Positions 53,949 through 63,507 of a DNA stretch of 64,000 nt are shown piece by piece. The stretch comes from Bdellovibrionales bacterium (lineage in GTDB: Bacteria > Bdellovibrionota > FAC87 > UBA2466): positions 848-64,847 of the forward strand of contig SXPJ01000019.1 in the NCBI GenBank assembly GCA_005776395.1, given 5' to 3'. Under the pieces are notes generated by a model that worked only from the letters and a program-made list of their open reading frames with translations, was not told the DNA's origin and searched no databases. The position numbers and the translations under genes are program-made. How positions within the stretch are numbered: position 1 is the first letter of the stretch; the number at the start of each line of letters is the position of its first letter.

Positions 53949-54524
53949 CTATTTTAATAATAGATAGAGCTGTTCGAGAATTTTAGCGCTAGCACCCCAG
54001 ATGAGTTCATTTTCACAGGTAATTCCTAAGCTTGAGACTTTAAAAGTAAGCCCGCGCTCTTTTATAGGCACCTGAACAGATTTTAATCCCTCCGATAAAA
54101 GTTGCTGCAAAGACAAAAATAGGGGTCTTTCAACCTCGTCCGGATTAAAATTGATAATTTTGGGAAACTCGACCTTGGCAACCCAGGGATAGATGACCAC
54201 ATCCCTTAGGGTTTGGACTGGGGACAACGCCCCTAAAACATGTAGATGGGTTTCTGTTAGCCCCACCTCCTCTTCAGTCTCTCTAAGAGCCGTTCTAAGA
54301 AGATGATTATCCCGAGCCTCAAATAACCCTCCAGGAAAACTAATCTGTCCTTTGTGGGTCTCCACCTTTTCAGACCTCTTAGTAAGAAGAATTTCCTGTC
54401 GCATCGTTTCCTGTCGTAATCCGATAGGAATAAGAACAGAGGCTGCAATCTTGTCATCTTGATTAGGAAATACTAGATCGATCGTCCTTAGGCTTTTACT
54501 TAATCTTTCTTCCCAGTCTTGCAT
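53949..54524 (-). CDS. Nudix hydrolase, CoA pyrophosphatase type
   Basis: LLTKRS..V..HKGQISFPGG followed by the Nudix box RTALRETEEEVGL, a NudL-like arrangement. Confidence 0.75.
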   Translation of the reverse strand: MQDWEERLSKSLRTIDLVFPNQDDKIAASVLIPIGLRQETMRQEILLTKRSEKVETHKGQISFPGGLFEARDNHLLRTALRETEEEVGLTETHLHVLGALSPVQTLRDVVIYPWVAKVEFPKIINFNPDEVERPLFLSLQQLLSEGLKSVQVPIKERGLTFKVSSLGITCENELIWGASAKILEQLYLLLK

Positions 54525-54610
54525 CTATAGCACCTTAAAATATCTAGCTAACAATGTTGATTTTTAACTCTTTCCTGTGGCAAGTTCTAGTTCTTTAAAG
54601 GAGATTCCCC

Positions 54611-54985
54611 ATGTTGAGTCCTACTGACGCGTTTAAGAACAAAGAATGTATCTTCTGTAAAATTATTGCAGGAACTCTGCCCTGTGAAAAAGTTTATGAA
54701 AATGACCATATCTTTGCCTTCCGTGATATCAGCCCCCAGGCCCCAGTTCATGTTTTGATTGTTCCGAAACAACATGTAGTGGACATCCTAGATGTTAGCA
54801 GTGAAAACTCCGTTATATTCCAAAACCTATTTGGAGCCGTTCAACAAATTGCAGCTAAGCTTGGAATCGCCGGCTCAGGTTTTAGAACTGTCTTTAACAG
54901 TGGCGATCACGCCTGCCAAACCATGTACCACCTTCATCTTCATTTATTAGGAGGAACACAAATGAGCGGTTCATTGGTAGGTTAA
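54611..54985 (+). CDS. histidine triad (HIT) family nucleotide-binding protein
   Basis: CIFCKIIAG, FRDI.PQAPVHVLIVPK.H and HLHLHLLGG. An AGGAG RBS is present. Confidence 0.9.
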   Translation: MLSPTDAFKNKECIFCKIIAGTLPCEKVYENDHIFAFRDISPQAPVHVLIVPKQHVVDILDVSSENSVIFQNLFGAVQQIAAKLGIAGSGFRTVFNSGDHACQTMYHLHLHLLGGTQMSGSLVG

Positions 54986-55307
54986 ATCGACGATAAGGTT
55001 TTCTTGTATCAGTATAACTTTTTCACTTTTTTTGCTTGCTGTTTTTTCCCCGCCCAAAAACCCCTGAAAGCCTAATGACCACGCATAAACGATCGCGTCA
55101 AGACGAAGTGAATTGACAGTGAATTTTTCCTTCTTTAGTTTCATTCTTAAGGATAAGTTCTCGCGCATTTTTTAAAAATAAAAGTACGCATATTCTTTTC
55201 AATGTTAAGAGCAGTAAACTAGCTTCTCTAAGCGATAGCGAAACGAGAAGAGGGATTTTTATTCTTTAATTTTTGCAATGATTTTAGAGCTCTGAAGGAA
55301 CAACAAG

Positions 55308-57623
55308 ATGCAAGTTATAAAAAGAGATGGAACAAAAGAGGACGTCAAAATTGAAAAGATTCTTCATGCGGTCAACAGAGCCTGCCGCGGAGTTCAAAAC
55401 GTAGAATCTTTAGAGATCGCAAAACGCACAATTGCCGGCCTCCACGAAGGTAGCACTACTGAAGAGCTTGATAACCTATCCATATCGACTGCCGTAATGC
55501 TCATGGCAGATGAGCCCAATTATTCGAAAGTTGCAGCTCGAATGCTTTCGGAAAACATCCGTAAAGAGGTCGGTCGTGATTCTGCTTTCCGAGACTATTT
55601 AAAATGGGCTGCTGAACATGGCGTTTTAAGCGATAAGGTTCTGGGTATTGCCAAACAGGACGTTGAGACTATTGAGTTTGCTATTCGACATGAAAGAGAT
55701 GATCTCTTTGAATACTTTGGACTTAAAACAATAGTAGATCGTTATTTGCTTCGCCATCCGCACACACGCCGGATCATTGAACGACCTCAATGGATGTTTA
55801 TGCGTGTGGCTTTAGGACTCTCTGAAACCATCAGTGAAGCGATCGAATTTTACAATGTTATCAGTCAATTTCTCTACATGCCTTCAACTCCAACCCTGTT
55901 CAACTCGGGAACGCGCCATCCCCAAATGAGCTCCTGTTACCTGCTCACAGTCTCCAATGACAGCTTAGAGGGCATTTATAAAACGATTACAGATTGTGCT
56001 CAGCTTTCAAAATGGTCGGGCGGATTAGGGCTTGACTGGACTCCGGTAAGATCTTCAGGCTCTCTTATCAAGGGAACCAATGGTTTGAGTAATGGAATTA
56101 TTCCATTCTTAAAAGTTTTTGACTCCTCCGTTCATGCCGTGAACCAAGGCGGAAAAAGAAAAGGGGCCGCTGCCATTTATATCGAACCTTGGCATGCTGA
56201 TATTGAAGCCTTTCTAGAGCTTCGTAATAATACCGGTGCGGAAGAGCGACGAACACACAACTTAAATCTGGCGCTCTGGGTTTCAGATCTCTTTATGAAA
56301 CGGGTCGAGGCCGATGGAGAATGGTCACTTTTCTCTCCAAGTGATGCGCCTCTACTACAAAACTCCTATGGTGAAAGATTTGAAAAGCTCTATGAACAAT
56401 ATGAGCAATCTGGCAAAGCCATGAAAAAAATCTCAGCCAGAGGTTTGTATTCTCGAATGATGCAAACTTTGGCAGAGACCGGAAATGCTTGGATGTGTTT
56501 CAAAGACAAAGCCAACTTAAGATCAGCTCAGACAGCCGAGCCAGATAATGTGATCCACAGCTCAAATCTTTGCACCGAAATATTAGAGGTCACATCCAAA
56601 GATGAAACTGCCGTCTGTAATTTGGGCAGTATAAACCTTTCTTCTTACGTCACTAAAGATCTTAAATTCGATTTTGATAAACTAAAAGAGGTCGTCAATA
56701 TAGCCACCCGCTTTCTAGATAAGGTGGTTGATATCAATTTTTACCCCACCCGCGAAGCCTCGAACTCTAATCAGAGATGGCGCCCTGTGGGACTTGGTAT
56801 CATGGGACTTCAAGATCTCTTTTTCAAAATGAGGATCCCTTTCGATTCTAAAGAGGCCAGTGAGCTTTCCTCTCATATTTCCGAGACCCTTTATTATCAA
56901 GCGCTTCAAACCAGCATGAAAATGGCTCGCGAACAGGGCAAGTTTCCAGCGTTTGAAGCCTCAAGATATGCTTATGGAGATCTTCAGGTTCAGTTAGCAC
57001 AAAAACACCAACCCCAAATGGCAGAGCTGCACTACAATTGGGATGAGTTAGCTAGAGATATTAAAACCCACGGATTAAGAAATAGCCTTCTTGTGGCTAT
57101 TGCCCCCACAGCCACAATTGCTTCAATTGTGGGTAGCTACGAAAGTATCGAGCCCCAGGTTTCAAACTTCTTTAAACGCGAAACCCTGAGTGGTGAGTTT
57201 TTGAATGTAAATCGATACCTCATTAACGATTTAAAACGCTTAGGTCTTTATACTTCCGCAATGAAAGAAAAAATTATTGCGCATGAAGGTTCAATTCAAG
57301 AGATCACTGAGATTCCGATAGAAATTCGTTCTCTTTATAAAACCGTTTGGGAAATCTCTCAAAAAACTCTCATTGATATGGCGGCTGAAAGATCCGCTTT
57401 CATTTGCCAATCCCAGTCACTTAACCTGTTTTTAGAGGCCCCAACAATTGGAAAGCTTTCTTCGATGTACATGCATGCTTGGAAACAGGGAATTAAAACA
57501 ACCTATTATTTACGTTCACGAGCTAAAACCTCAATTAAGAAGACTACCGTGTCTCAAGTTGAGGCCGAAGTAGCGATTGCTTGTTCTTTGGAAAACCCTG
57601 AGTCTTGCGAAGCCTGTCAATAA
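55308..57623 (+). CDS. nrdA: class Ia ribonucleoside-diphosphate reductase, alpha subunit
   Basis: The N-terminal ATP-cone is VIKRDGT.E.V...KI. Also present are the catalytic SNLCTEI, the P.ATIA block, and a C-terminal CxxC tail (CEAC). Confidence 0.95.
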   Translation: MQVIKRDGTKEDVKIEKILHAVNRACRGVQNVESLEIAKRTIAGLHEGSTTEELDNLSISTAVMLMADEPNYSKVAARMLSENIRKEVGRDSAFRDYLKWAAEHGVLSDKVLGIAKQDVETIEFAIRHERDDLFEYFGLKTIVDRYLLRHPHTRRIIERPQWMFMRVALGLSETISEAIEFYNVISQFLYMPSTPTLFNSGTRHPQMSSCYLLTVSNDSLEGIYKTITDCAQLSKWSGGLGLDWTPVRSSGSLIKGTNGLSNGIIPFLKVFDSSVHAVNQGGKRKGAAAIYIEPWHADIEAFLELRNNTGAEERRTHNLNLALWVSDLFMKRVEADGEWSLFSPSDAPLLQNSYGERFEKLYEQYEQSGKAMKKISARGLYSRMMQTLAETGNAWMCFKDKANLRSAQTAEPDNVIHSSNLCTEILEVTSKDETAVCNLGSINLSSYVTKDLKFDFDKLKEVVNIATRFLDKVVDINFYPTREASNSNQRWRPVGLGIMGLQDLFFKMRIPFDSKEASELSSHISETLYYQALQTSMKMAREQGKFPAFEASRYAYGDLQVQLAQKHQPQMAELHYNWDELARDIKTHGLRNSLLVAIAPTATIASIVGSYESIEPQVSNFFKRETLSGEFLNVNRYLINDLKRLGLYTSAMKEKIIAHEGSIQEITEIPIEIRSLYKTVWEISQKTLIDMAAERSAFICQSQSLNLFLEAPTIGKLSSMYMHAWKQGIKTTYYLRSRAKTSIKKTTVSQVEAEVAIACSLENPESCEACQ

Positions 57624-57632
57624 GGAGCTCTT

Positions 57633-58640
57633 ATGCTTTTAAGTCCAGAATTAAATTTAACTCTTCGCCCGATGCAGTACCCACAGTTTTTTAAGCTCTA
57701 TAAGGACTCCATCAAAAACATTTGGACCACCGAAGAGATCGATTTTTCAATCGATTACGAGCACATTCGTGACAAACTGAACCCAAAAGAGGCCCATCTC
57801 ATCAAAAGATTGGTCGCCTTTTTTGCAACGGCCGATAACTTGGTCGCTCATAACTTAGTCTTAAATTTTTATAAGCATCTCAACAGTCCTGAATATCGAA
57901 TGTTTCTTGGAAAACAACTGTTTGATGAAATGCTTCATGTAGAAACTTATCTTCTTTTGGTTGATAACTATTTGCCAGATCTCGCCGAAAGAACAGAGGC
58001 TTTCGATGCTTATAAAAGCATCCCCTCTGTAAAGCTTAAAGCGGATTTCTGTTTTAAATACATGGATTCTATCCATCACCTGGACAAACTAGACACCACA
58101 CAAAAACGCCAACAGTTTCTAGAGAATCTCATATGCTTTGCCTCTTGCGTTGAGGGACTTTTTTTCTTTGGCAGCTTTGCTTACGTCTACTTTCTTAGAA
58201 ACAAAGGTTTATTGCCAGGTTTAGCCACCGCAACCAACTGGGTTTTCCGTGATGAAACCATGCATATCGAAGCCGCGATGCTGGCCATTCAAGCCATAAA
58301 AAAAGAATACCCCGAGCTATTCACCCAAGAACTTGAAGAACGAGTTGAGGCCATGATCGATGAAGCCATAGAGGTTGAAATGGCTTTTTGTGAAGATGTT
58401 TTATCCTTTGGAATCAGTGGATTGTCTCCAAAGCTCATGAAAGAATATCTCTGTTATTGTGCAGATCAACGACTTTTACAGCTTGGAATGGGTAAAAAAT
58501 ACTTCGCCAAAAATCCATTTCCATTTATGGTGCTCCAGGATGTTCAGCCCTTAACCAACTTTTTTGAAAAAAGAGTAACTGAATACCAAAAAGGATTTGG
58601 CGCCAGCAAAGAATCGGTAGTTTTCAACGAATCATTTTAA
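57633..58640 (+). CDS. nrdB: ribonucleoside-diphosphate reductase, beta subunit
   Basis: The di-iron and tyrosyl motifs FFATADNLV, DEMLHVETY, EGLFFFGSFAY and FRDETMHIE are present. Confidence 0.9.
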   Translation: MLLSPELNLTLRPMQYPQFFKLYKDSIKNIWTTEEIDFSIDYEHIRDKLNPKEAHLIKRLVAFFATADNLVAHNLVLNFYKHLNSPEYRMFLGKQLFDEMLHVETYLLLVDNYLPDLAERTEAFDAYKSIPSVKLKADFCFKYMDSIHHLDKLDTTQKRQQFLENLICFASCVEGLFFFGSFAYVYFLRNKGLLPGLATATNWVFRDETMHIEAAMLAIQAIKKEYPELFTQELEERVEAMIDEAIEVEMAFCEDVLSFGISGLSPKLMKEYLCYCADQRLLQLGMGKKYFAKNPFPFMVLQDVQPLTNFFEKRVTEYQKGFGASKESVVFNESF

Positions 58641-58845
58641 CTTCCCACACTAAAAACAGATTATAACGGAGAGGGGAAAACAATAGCCCCTTTTTGTCAC
58701 CTATCGCCTAACTTATAAGCGAATACATAAATAACACAGTTGTTATTTCAAGCCTTTAGCTTCATCAAATCCATGGCCCTCCCCTTGCAAAATAGCCGGA
58801 CCGGGAAGAGGGTAGGCCGCGAGCTAGACTCGCTTAGGTGGTTTA

Positions 58846-59700
58846 ATGATCAAGCATTGGAGTGTCCTTTTTATTACCGCAGTTTCCTTAAGCTCCTGCG
58901 GTCTTTTCAATAAAGACGGTAACTACGGAGTTACTTTTGATTCGACCGTTTCCGACACACAAAAAGAACTTCTCACTGGAGACTTACAATTAATCAATAG
59001 TTTAAGCTTTAGCGGGGTCACTTACGACGACCTAGATCGAATAGATTTACCAGAGCTCTCCTCCGAATCATTAGGAAACTTTTTGAGATTGCGAGTTAAA
59101 TATATCGTTGGAGAGGGGTTTGATGCTAGTGCTCAGAGAACTATTATCTCCAGCTATTTTAATTACTCCCCCTCTAGTTTTTCCGCTTTCAGCTCTCCCT
59201 TTGATCGAGTGGTGACTGTAATGACCAACACCGGAAGCGCAGTCTACTTGGACGGAAAAAAATCCAGTATCTTATACTCACTAAATGTTGCCGATCAAAA
59301 AATTTTAGTTAACACCACTCGAGTGGGTGTCATTAAGATCGGTGAGGGGCTTTTTAATAGCTCAAAGCTCAGTAGCTCAAGTTCAGACTCTATCGCAAAA
59401 AGATTACTCCGATTGGGAACATTGTTTCACGAGGCACGGCACAGTGATGGAAATGGAAGCAATGCAGGATTTCCCCATACTAAATGTACTTCGGGAGATT
59501 TTGTAGGTTACTACGCCTGTGAATCAAACACTAACGGCCCCTATAATTTAGAGGCAATGATTTTAAAACATTTCTACCGCTCTTGTTACAACTGCTCGGA
59601 ATCTGAACTTTCAGCAATACAGCTCTCAGCTGCAGATGCTGCTAGTCGACTTACCTATGGAGCCATTAAACGGGATGCCCAACCCGAGGTTGCAAGATGA
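58846..59700 (+). CDS. lipoprotein with an HExxH motif (possible metallopeptidase)
   Basis: The lipobox is VSLSSC. A single HEARH motif is followed by GNG. No family recognised. Confidence 0.4.
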   Translation: MIKHWSVLFITAVSLSSCGLFNKDGNYGVTFDSTVSDTQKELLTGDLQLINSLSFSGVTYDDLDRIDLPELSSESLGNFLRLRVKYIVGEGFDASAQRTIISSYFNYSPSSFSAFSSPFDRVVTVMTNTGSAVYLDGKKSSILYSLNVADQKILVNTTRVGVIKIGEGLFNSSKLSSSSSDSIAKRLLRLGTLFHEARHSDGNGSNAGFPHTKCTSGDFVGYYACESNTNGPYNLEAMILKHFYRSCYNCSESELSAIQLSAADAASRLTYGAIKRDAQPEVAR

Positions 59701-60254
59701 AGGCAAAAAACTTTATCCTGTTTTTTATCTTAATAGCCGCCTTAATAATCGGCTTTGCCTTTAGGGGACAATCCAAGGAAAAAAAGATAGGTCAACATTC
59801 TCCGCTAGCTCTACCCAACAAAATAATTCCTGAACTCATGGGAGCTGTAAAGACTAAGAAATCTTATAACACAACTCCGGAAGAACTCGTTCGAACTCAA
59901 GAGATCCAACGATTTAGAAACTATCTCGAGACCTCCTATGTAAGATTACCCTCTATAGAAACCGTGAGACTCTCAAAAGAGGGGGATTTCCACCGAGTTC
60001 CTTTTGAAGTTATAGAGAGCAGTGAGATTTTTGGTGAAATTGCTGACAAATTAAAATCCAACTCAACTCTAACAAAAGAGGCATTAAAGTTTTACAGCGC
60101 TTGCGCTATCAATGAACAATTAATCACTTCGATCAGAGCGGTTTGCGCTCGAAACTTAATTGACTGGAGTAAAAAAGCAAGAATAGATATTTCAAGGATT
60201 TCAATCCCGGATAATATTATTAGAATTGCTGAAGTCCTTCCGATAAAAAACTAG
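59697..60254 (+). CDS. membrane-anchored hypothetical protein (185 aa)
   Basis: ATGA overlap with the upstream lipoprotein gene, and an N-terminal TM helix (FILFFILIAALIIGFAF). Confidence 0.35.
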   Translation: MKAKNFILFFILIAALIIGFAFRGQSKEKKIGQHSPLALPNKIIPELMGAVKTKKSYNTTPEELVRTQEIQRFRNYLETSYVRLPSIETVRLSKEGDFHRVPFEVIESSEIFGEIADKLKSNSTLTKEALKFYSACAINEQLITSIRAVCARNLIDWSKKARIDISRISIPDNIIRIAEVLPIKN

Positions 60255-60637
60255 AATCTCATAGCAAGATCTTCGTGAATAATTATGGGAGAGTTTAGAA
60301 TATAGCTTCTACTTTTTATGCCGTTTTGATGAAGTACAAACTCTGAATAAACCTTTAAAGAACTTTCACTTCCAGGTTGCCTAAACGAATATTGGTAAAC
60401 CCCTCGTAAAAACTCACAACTCTCAGCAAGCTGTATAATAAGGGGTGATTGTAGCTTGGCCTCACAACCTTCGGATTCCACAATTTCAAGTTTAGCCTTA
60501 CTCGGACTTAAGTGAAACTTAGCTGGGGAAACGGTGACTGTTCTCTCCCCAAACACAACTGAAGGGCTCCAAGGATTAGCCCCCCAGATATTTAAACATG
60601 AACACAGTGCTAATCCCAAAACCCATAAATATCTCAT
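60251..60637 (-). CDS. secreted hypothetical protein (128 aa)
   Basis: ORF with a signal-like N-terminus (LWVLGLALCSCLNIWG). Confidence 0.35.
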   Translation of the reverse strand: MRYLWVLGLALCSCLNIWGANPWSPSVVFGERTVTVSPAKFHLSPSKAKLEIVESEGCEAKLQSPLIIQLAESCEFLRGVYQYSFRQPGSESSLKVYSEFVLHQNGIKSRSYILNSPIIIHEDLAMRF

Positions 60638-60684
60638 GATTTTGGGGGTAACATCGAAAAGGTCCTGTAGTCAAATGCGGGGTA

Positions 60685-61107
60685 TCAAGAACAGCGCTGC
60701 CAGAGCAAACTGGCTGTTTGCTTAATTCCCTGAGCTACATAAGGACCCACGCTTAAGGAAAGCTTATCTTCAAAAAAGTGAAATCTACGTTTTTGAATGG
60801 TTCCAATCCAATTGGGAAATAAACTCATTTCAACAAAATGCCAAACCTCTTCATTATGAACTTCAAATCTGCCTGCATAATGAAGATACCCCTCCATTGC
60901 GAAGGCCTTCTCTTCCTGGGTTCCGGAAAAAAGTTCTTTGGTTTTAAATTTAGCACGATCGGGTTGCATCAAAGCTCCAGACATATAACCTTGAGCTGTA
61001 TACACCAACAAACCCTGAGCTAGTTCACCTAAAGGATAGGTTACTAAACCATTCTCAAATTCATGATGGCACTTGAGCAATTTCCAAGTTCCAATGAGCC
61101 TATTCAT
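60685..61107 (-). CDS. lipocalin-like domain protein
   Basis: LIGTWKLL....E.ENG.....PLG....GLLVYT..GYMS resembles the bacterial lipocalin-like (GTWKL) family. Confidence 0.5.
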   Translation of the reverse strand: MNRLIGTWKLLKCHHEFENGLVTYPLGELAQGLLVYTAQGYMSGALMQPDRAKFKTKELFSGTQEEKAFAMEGYLHYAGRFEVHNEEVWHFVEMSLFPNWIGTIQKRRFHFFEDKLSLSVGPYVAQGIKQTASLLWQRCS

Positions 61108-61122
61108 TCCTCACTCTGCCTT

Positions 61123-62697
61123 TCATTTTTTAGGTGTTAACAACCAAACCTTAAAAAGATTCTTCCCGTAATGAACCGCAGACATCGGCTCAAAATCATA
61201 GTTCGAACTAGCTTCGTAAACTTTTTGACCAACAAACTTCGAGGTTCGTTTAAATTCTTCTAAACTTAAAAGCTCTCCCGAGGAGTTCCCTTCAATAAAA
61301 AGAAGGGGGCGAGAAGGAAGTGAGTTCAGATCCCCCCCCCAATGAAAATCCATCACAAAACAACCCGAATTAATTGGACTAAATAATCTAAGTTTCAAGG
61401 AGTCAAACCTCCAACTAACCAAGTCGCGAACATTAAAACTGTCCATTAACTCCTTAATTTTTGAGCTACTATAAGTCTCGCGACTGGAGTTTAAATAGTT
61501 CGGAAAATTTAGGACTGTTAAACTAATAATGGCCAAAGAGGACAGATAAAAAATATACTGAACTTTAAATTTAGAAAGTCGGGAAGCTATTAATTTCAGT
61601 CCCAATAATTCCAAAAACAAAATGGAGGGTAGATAAACCATGCTATGTCGCGTAGGAGAAATGACCGTTTTTCTTACTAGAAAGGCTCCAGTCCAAATAA
61701 CTAGAAACAGAAAAGAGGCCCTAAGCCCCAACGAAACCCTCTGCCCCGTCAAGCTGTATGGCAAAACAATTATAAAGGCACCTAGTAGGCTTAAAAACAT
61801 TCCTACAAGCCCCAGAATCAAGCTTTCACCCATTGGATAGGTTAAGTGCGCTAAAACAAAAACCCTAACTAACTTATAGGCGACCATTTTAAATCGCAGT
61901 AAAACTCCTGTCTCAGGAGCCATAAAACTATGCACCCAATAAGGAACCATCATGTGCCCCTTATAAACAGACAAAAAGAAAATTGAACAGACTGAAAATC
62001 CAAACAATACCAACAACGCCCCCCCCAAGGATCTGGAGACCCCATTTTTTAAATTCCCTTTTAAATAAATCAAACCAACCAGGGAAACGGAAAGAGTACA
62101 AAGCAAAACTTGATATTGAATCAATCCAGAAAATATCGCCCCAAATAAAAAAAGCAGGTGGTAAACAGAGGTCCGGAATAAAATTACCCCCTCAAACAAC
62201 CACAAAGTAAGTAAAACCCCAAATACTCCAGCACTATAGGTATGCCCCTGTTTGGCATTTACCCATTGAATCATCTGGCAACAGAATATTGTGAAAATAA
62301 ATATTAAAGGCGCTGTTATTCTCCTGCCACTATAAACATAGATTAGGCGGCCAAAAAGTAATAGTGACAAGCAAGAAAAAACACACGAAAGGGTTCTCAA
62401 CACCTTTAAACCATGAAATGAAAACATCTTTTCGCCTGTAATAAGTCGGCCCAAGAATATTTGTACCGGAGCATAACTATTAGTAAAGGAACTCACCGTT
62501 TTATAAACATACCGCCAGAAAGGAATTGGAGAAATGGCTGAATCAGTGAAACTCAACTCTCCCCGAGATAACAAAAGAAGCTCATCAATATAAGAGACCT
62601 GTGAGTAAATGCCTTTAAAACGCAAAAAAACCCCTAAACAGAATATTAAAATGAATAAACCCCATAAATAGACATCTGTTTTTTTTGCTTGTTTCAT
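61123..62697 (-). CDS. polytopic membrane protein, GT-C (ArnT/PMT, GT39/GT83-like) glycosyltransferase candidate
   Basis: 524 aa with about 11-12 hydrophobic helices followed by a soluble C-terminal domain of ~110 aa. An early loop has YIDE after TM1. The assignment is by topology only. Confidence 0.4.
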   Translation of the reverse strand: MKQAKKTDVYLWGLFILIFCLGVFLRFKGIYSQVSYIDELLLLSRGELSFTDSAISPIPFWRYVYKTVSSFTNSYAPVQIFLGRLITGEKMFSFHGLKVLRTLSCVFSCLSLLLFGRLIYVYSGRRITAPLIFIFTIFCCQMIQWVNAKQGHTYSAGVFGVLLTLWLFEGVILFRTSVYHLLFLFGAIFSGLIQYQVLLCTLSVSLVGLIYLKGNLKNGVSRSLGGALLVLFGFSVCSIFFLSVYKGHMMVPYWVHSFMAPETGVLLRFKMVAYKLVRVFVLAHLTYPMGESLILGLVGMFLSLLGAFIIVLPYSLTGQRVSLGLRASFLFLVIWTGAFLVRKTVISPTRHSMVYLPSILFLELLGLKLIASRLSKFKVQYIFYLSSLAIISLTVLNFPNYLNSSRETYSSSKIKELMDSFNVRDLVSWRFDSLKLRLFSPINSGCFVMDFHWGGDLNSLPSRPLLFIEGNSSGELLSLEEFKRTSKFVGQKVYEASSNYDFEPMSAVHYGKNLFKVWLLTPKK

Positions 62698-62820
62698 AAT
62701 TAGGCGCTTATAACCACGGGGCTAAAGTCTTATTTTACCACCAAAAAGTTTCGTAGCGAAACAAATGGAACTAAATGATTGAAATAAAAGGGAACAGAGC
62801 GGGGAGACCTCTGGCGGAGT

Positions 62821-63296
62821 TTGCGATACTCCCACAAGCAAAGAAGACGACGTTTCCACTCTGAAGATCGTCGTGGAAAGATTCAAAACGCTATTTCAGT
62901 CTCGAAACGATCTAAGCAAGCCAACAAGAGAAAAAAACGCGGCCACTGGGAACGTGATACGATATTAGATAAAAACAGAAAGAATACAATCCTGGTTCTG
63001 ACGGATCGCAAATCGAGATTCAATCGGTTTTCTAAACTCAAACGACGACTTGCACCCGGAGTAACTAATAGAACCATTTCTCTACTCAGAGGACTACCCT
63101 GTCACTCGATTACTAACGATAGGGGCTAAGAGTTCTCAGGCCATAAACGTCCCTCCGGCAAACTGAATGTAAGCGTCTACTTCTGTGCCCCTTACTCCTC
63201 CTACCAGAGAGGAACTAATGCCCCCCCATGAAGCGCCCTGATCGGAAAACCCCTTATGAGGTTATGATGAAAAAAAGTTGCATTGCGGTTTCGTAG
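62821..63296 (+). pseudogene. IS30-family transposase remnant (5'-truncated, in-frame stop, internal deletion)
   Basis: RGHWERDTILDKNRKNTILVLTDRKSRF...SITNDRG*EFSGH....VSVYFCAPYSSYQRGTN matches the IS30 DDE core (GHWEGD...T.DNG.EF...vYF..Py.pWqRGtNE). There is a TAA stop at 63127-63129. The expected ENTNGLLR segment is missing, and the tail KRPDRKTPYEV is in another frame. No N-terminal HTH is present. Confidence 0.7.
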
Positions 63297-63507
63297 TCGG
63301 GAATATTTAAAAACTAACAATAACCTAAGTAAGGCGAGAGTTTCTGATTGTTACTAACTGAAACTGATTATTTTGAGTACGTATGAAACAAAAAGGAAAG
63401 AAAATCTGGGAATTCGGAGACTTAGTTTTTTAAAAGAGATGTAAAAAAAGTTCCTTTTTGAGTGTACCTCGTCACCGCGGGGGGACAGAAATACAGTAAT
63501 TTAATGT

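Noticed and set aside
54986-55307. The 322-bp nrdA upstream region: searched for NrdR boxes or a riboswitch. Also the 65-aa minus-strand ORF at 54971-55168.
   Set aside because: I could not find paired 16-bp NrdR-type palindromes or a convincing conserved fold by eye. There is only a weak TTGACA-N17-TAGTTT promoter-like match at 55113-55141. The small ORF has no RBS or motif support.
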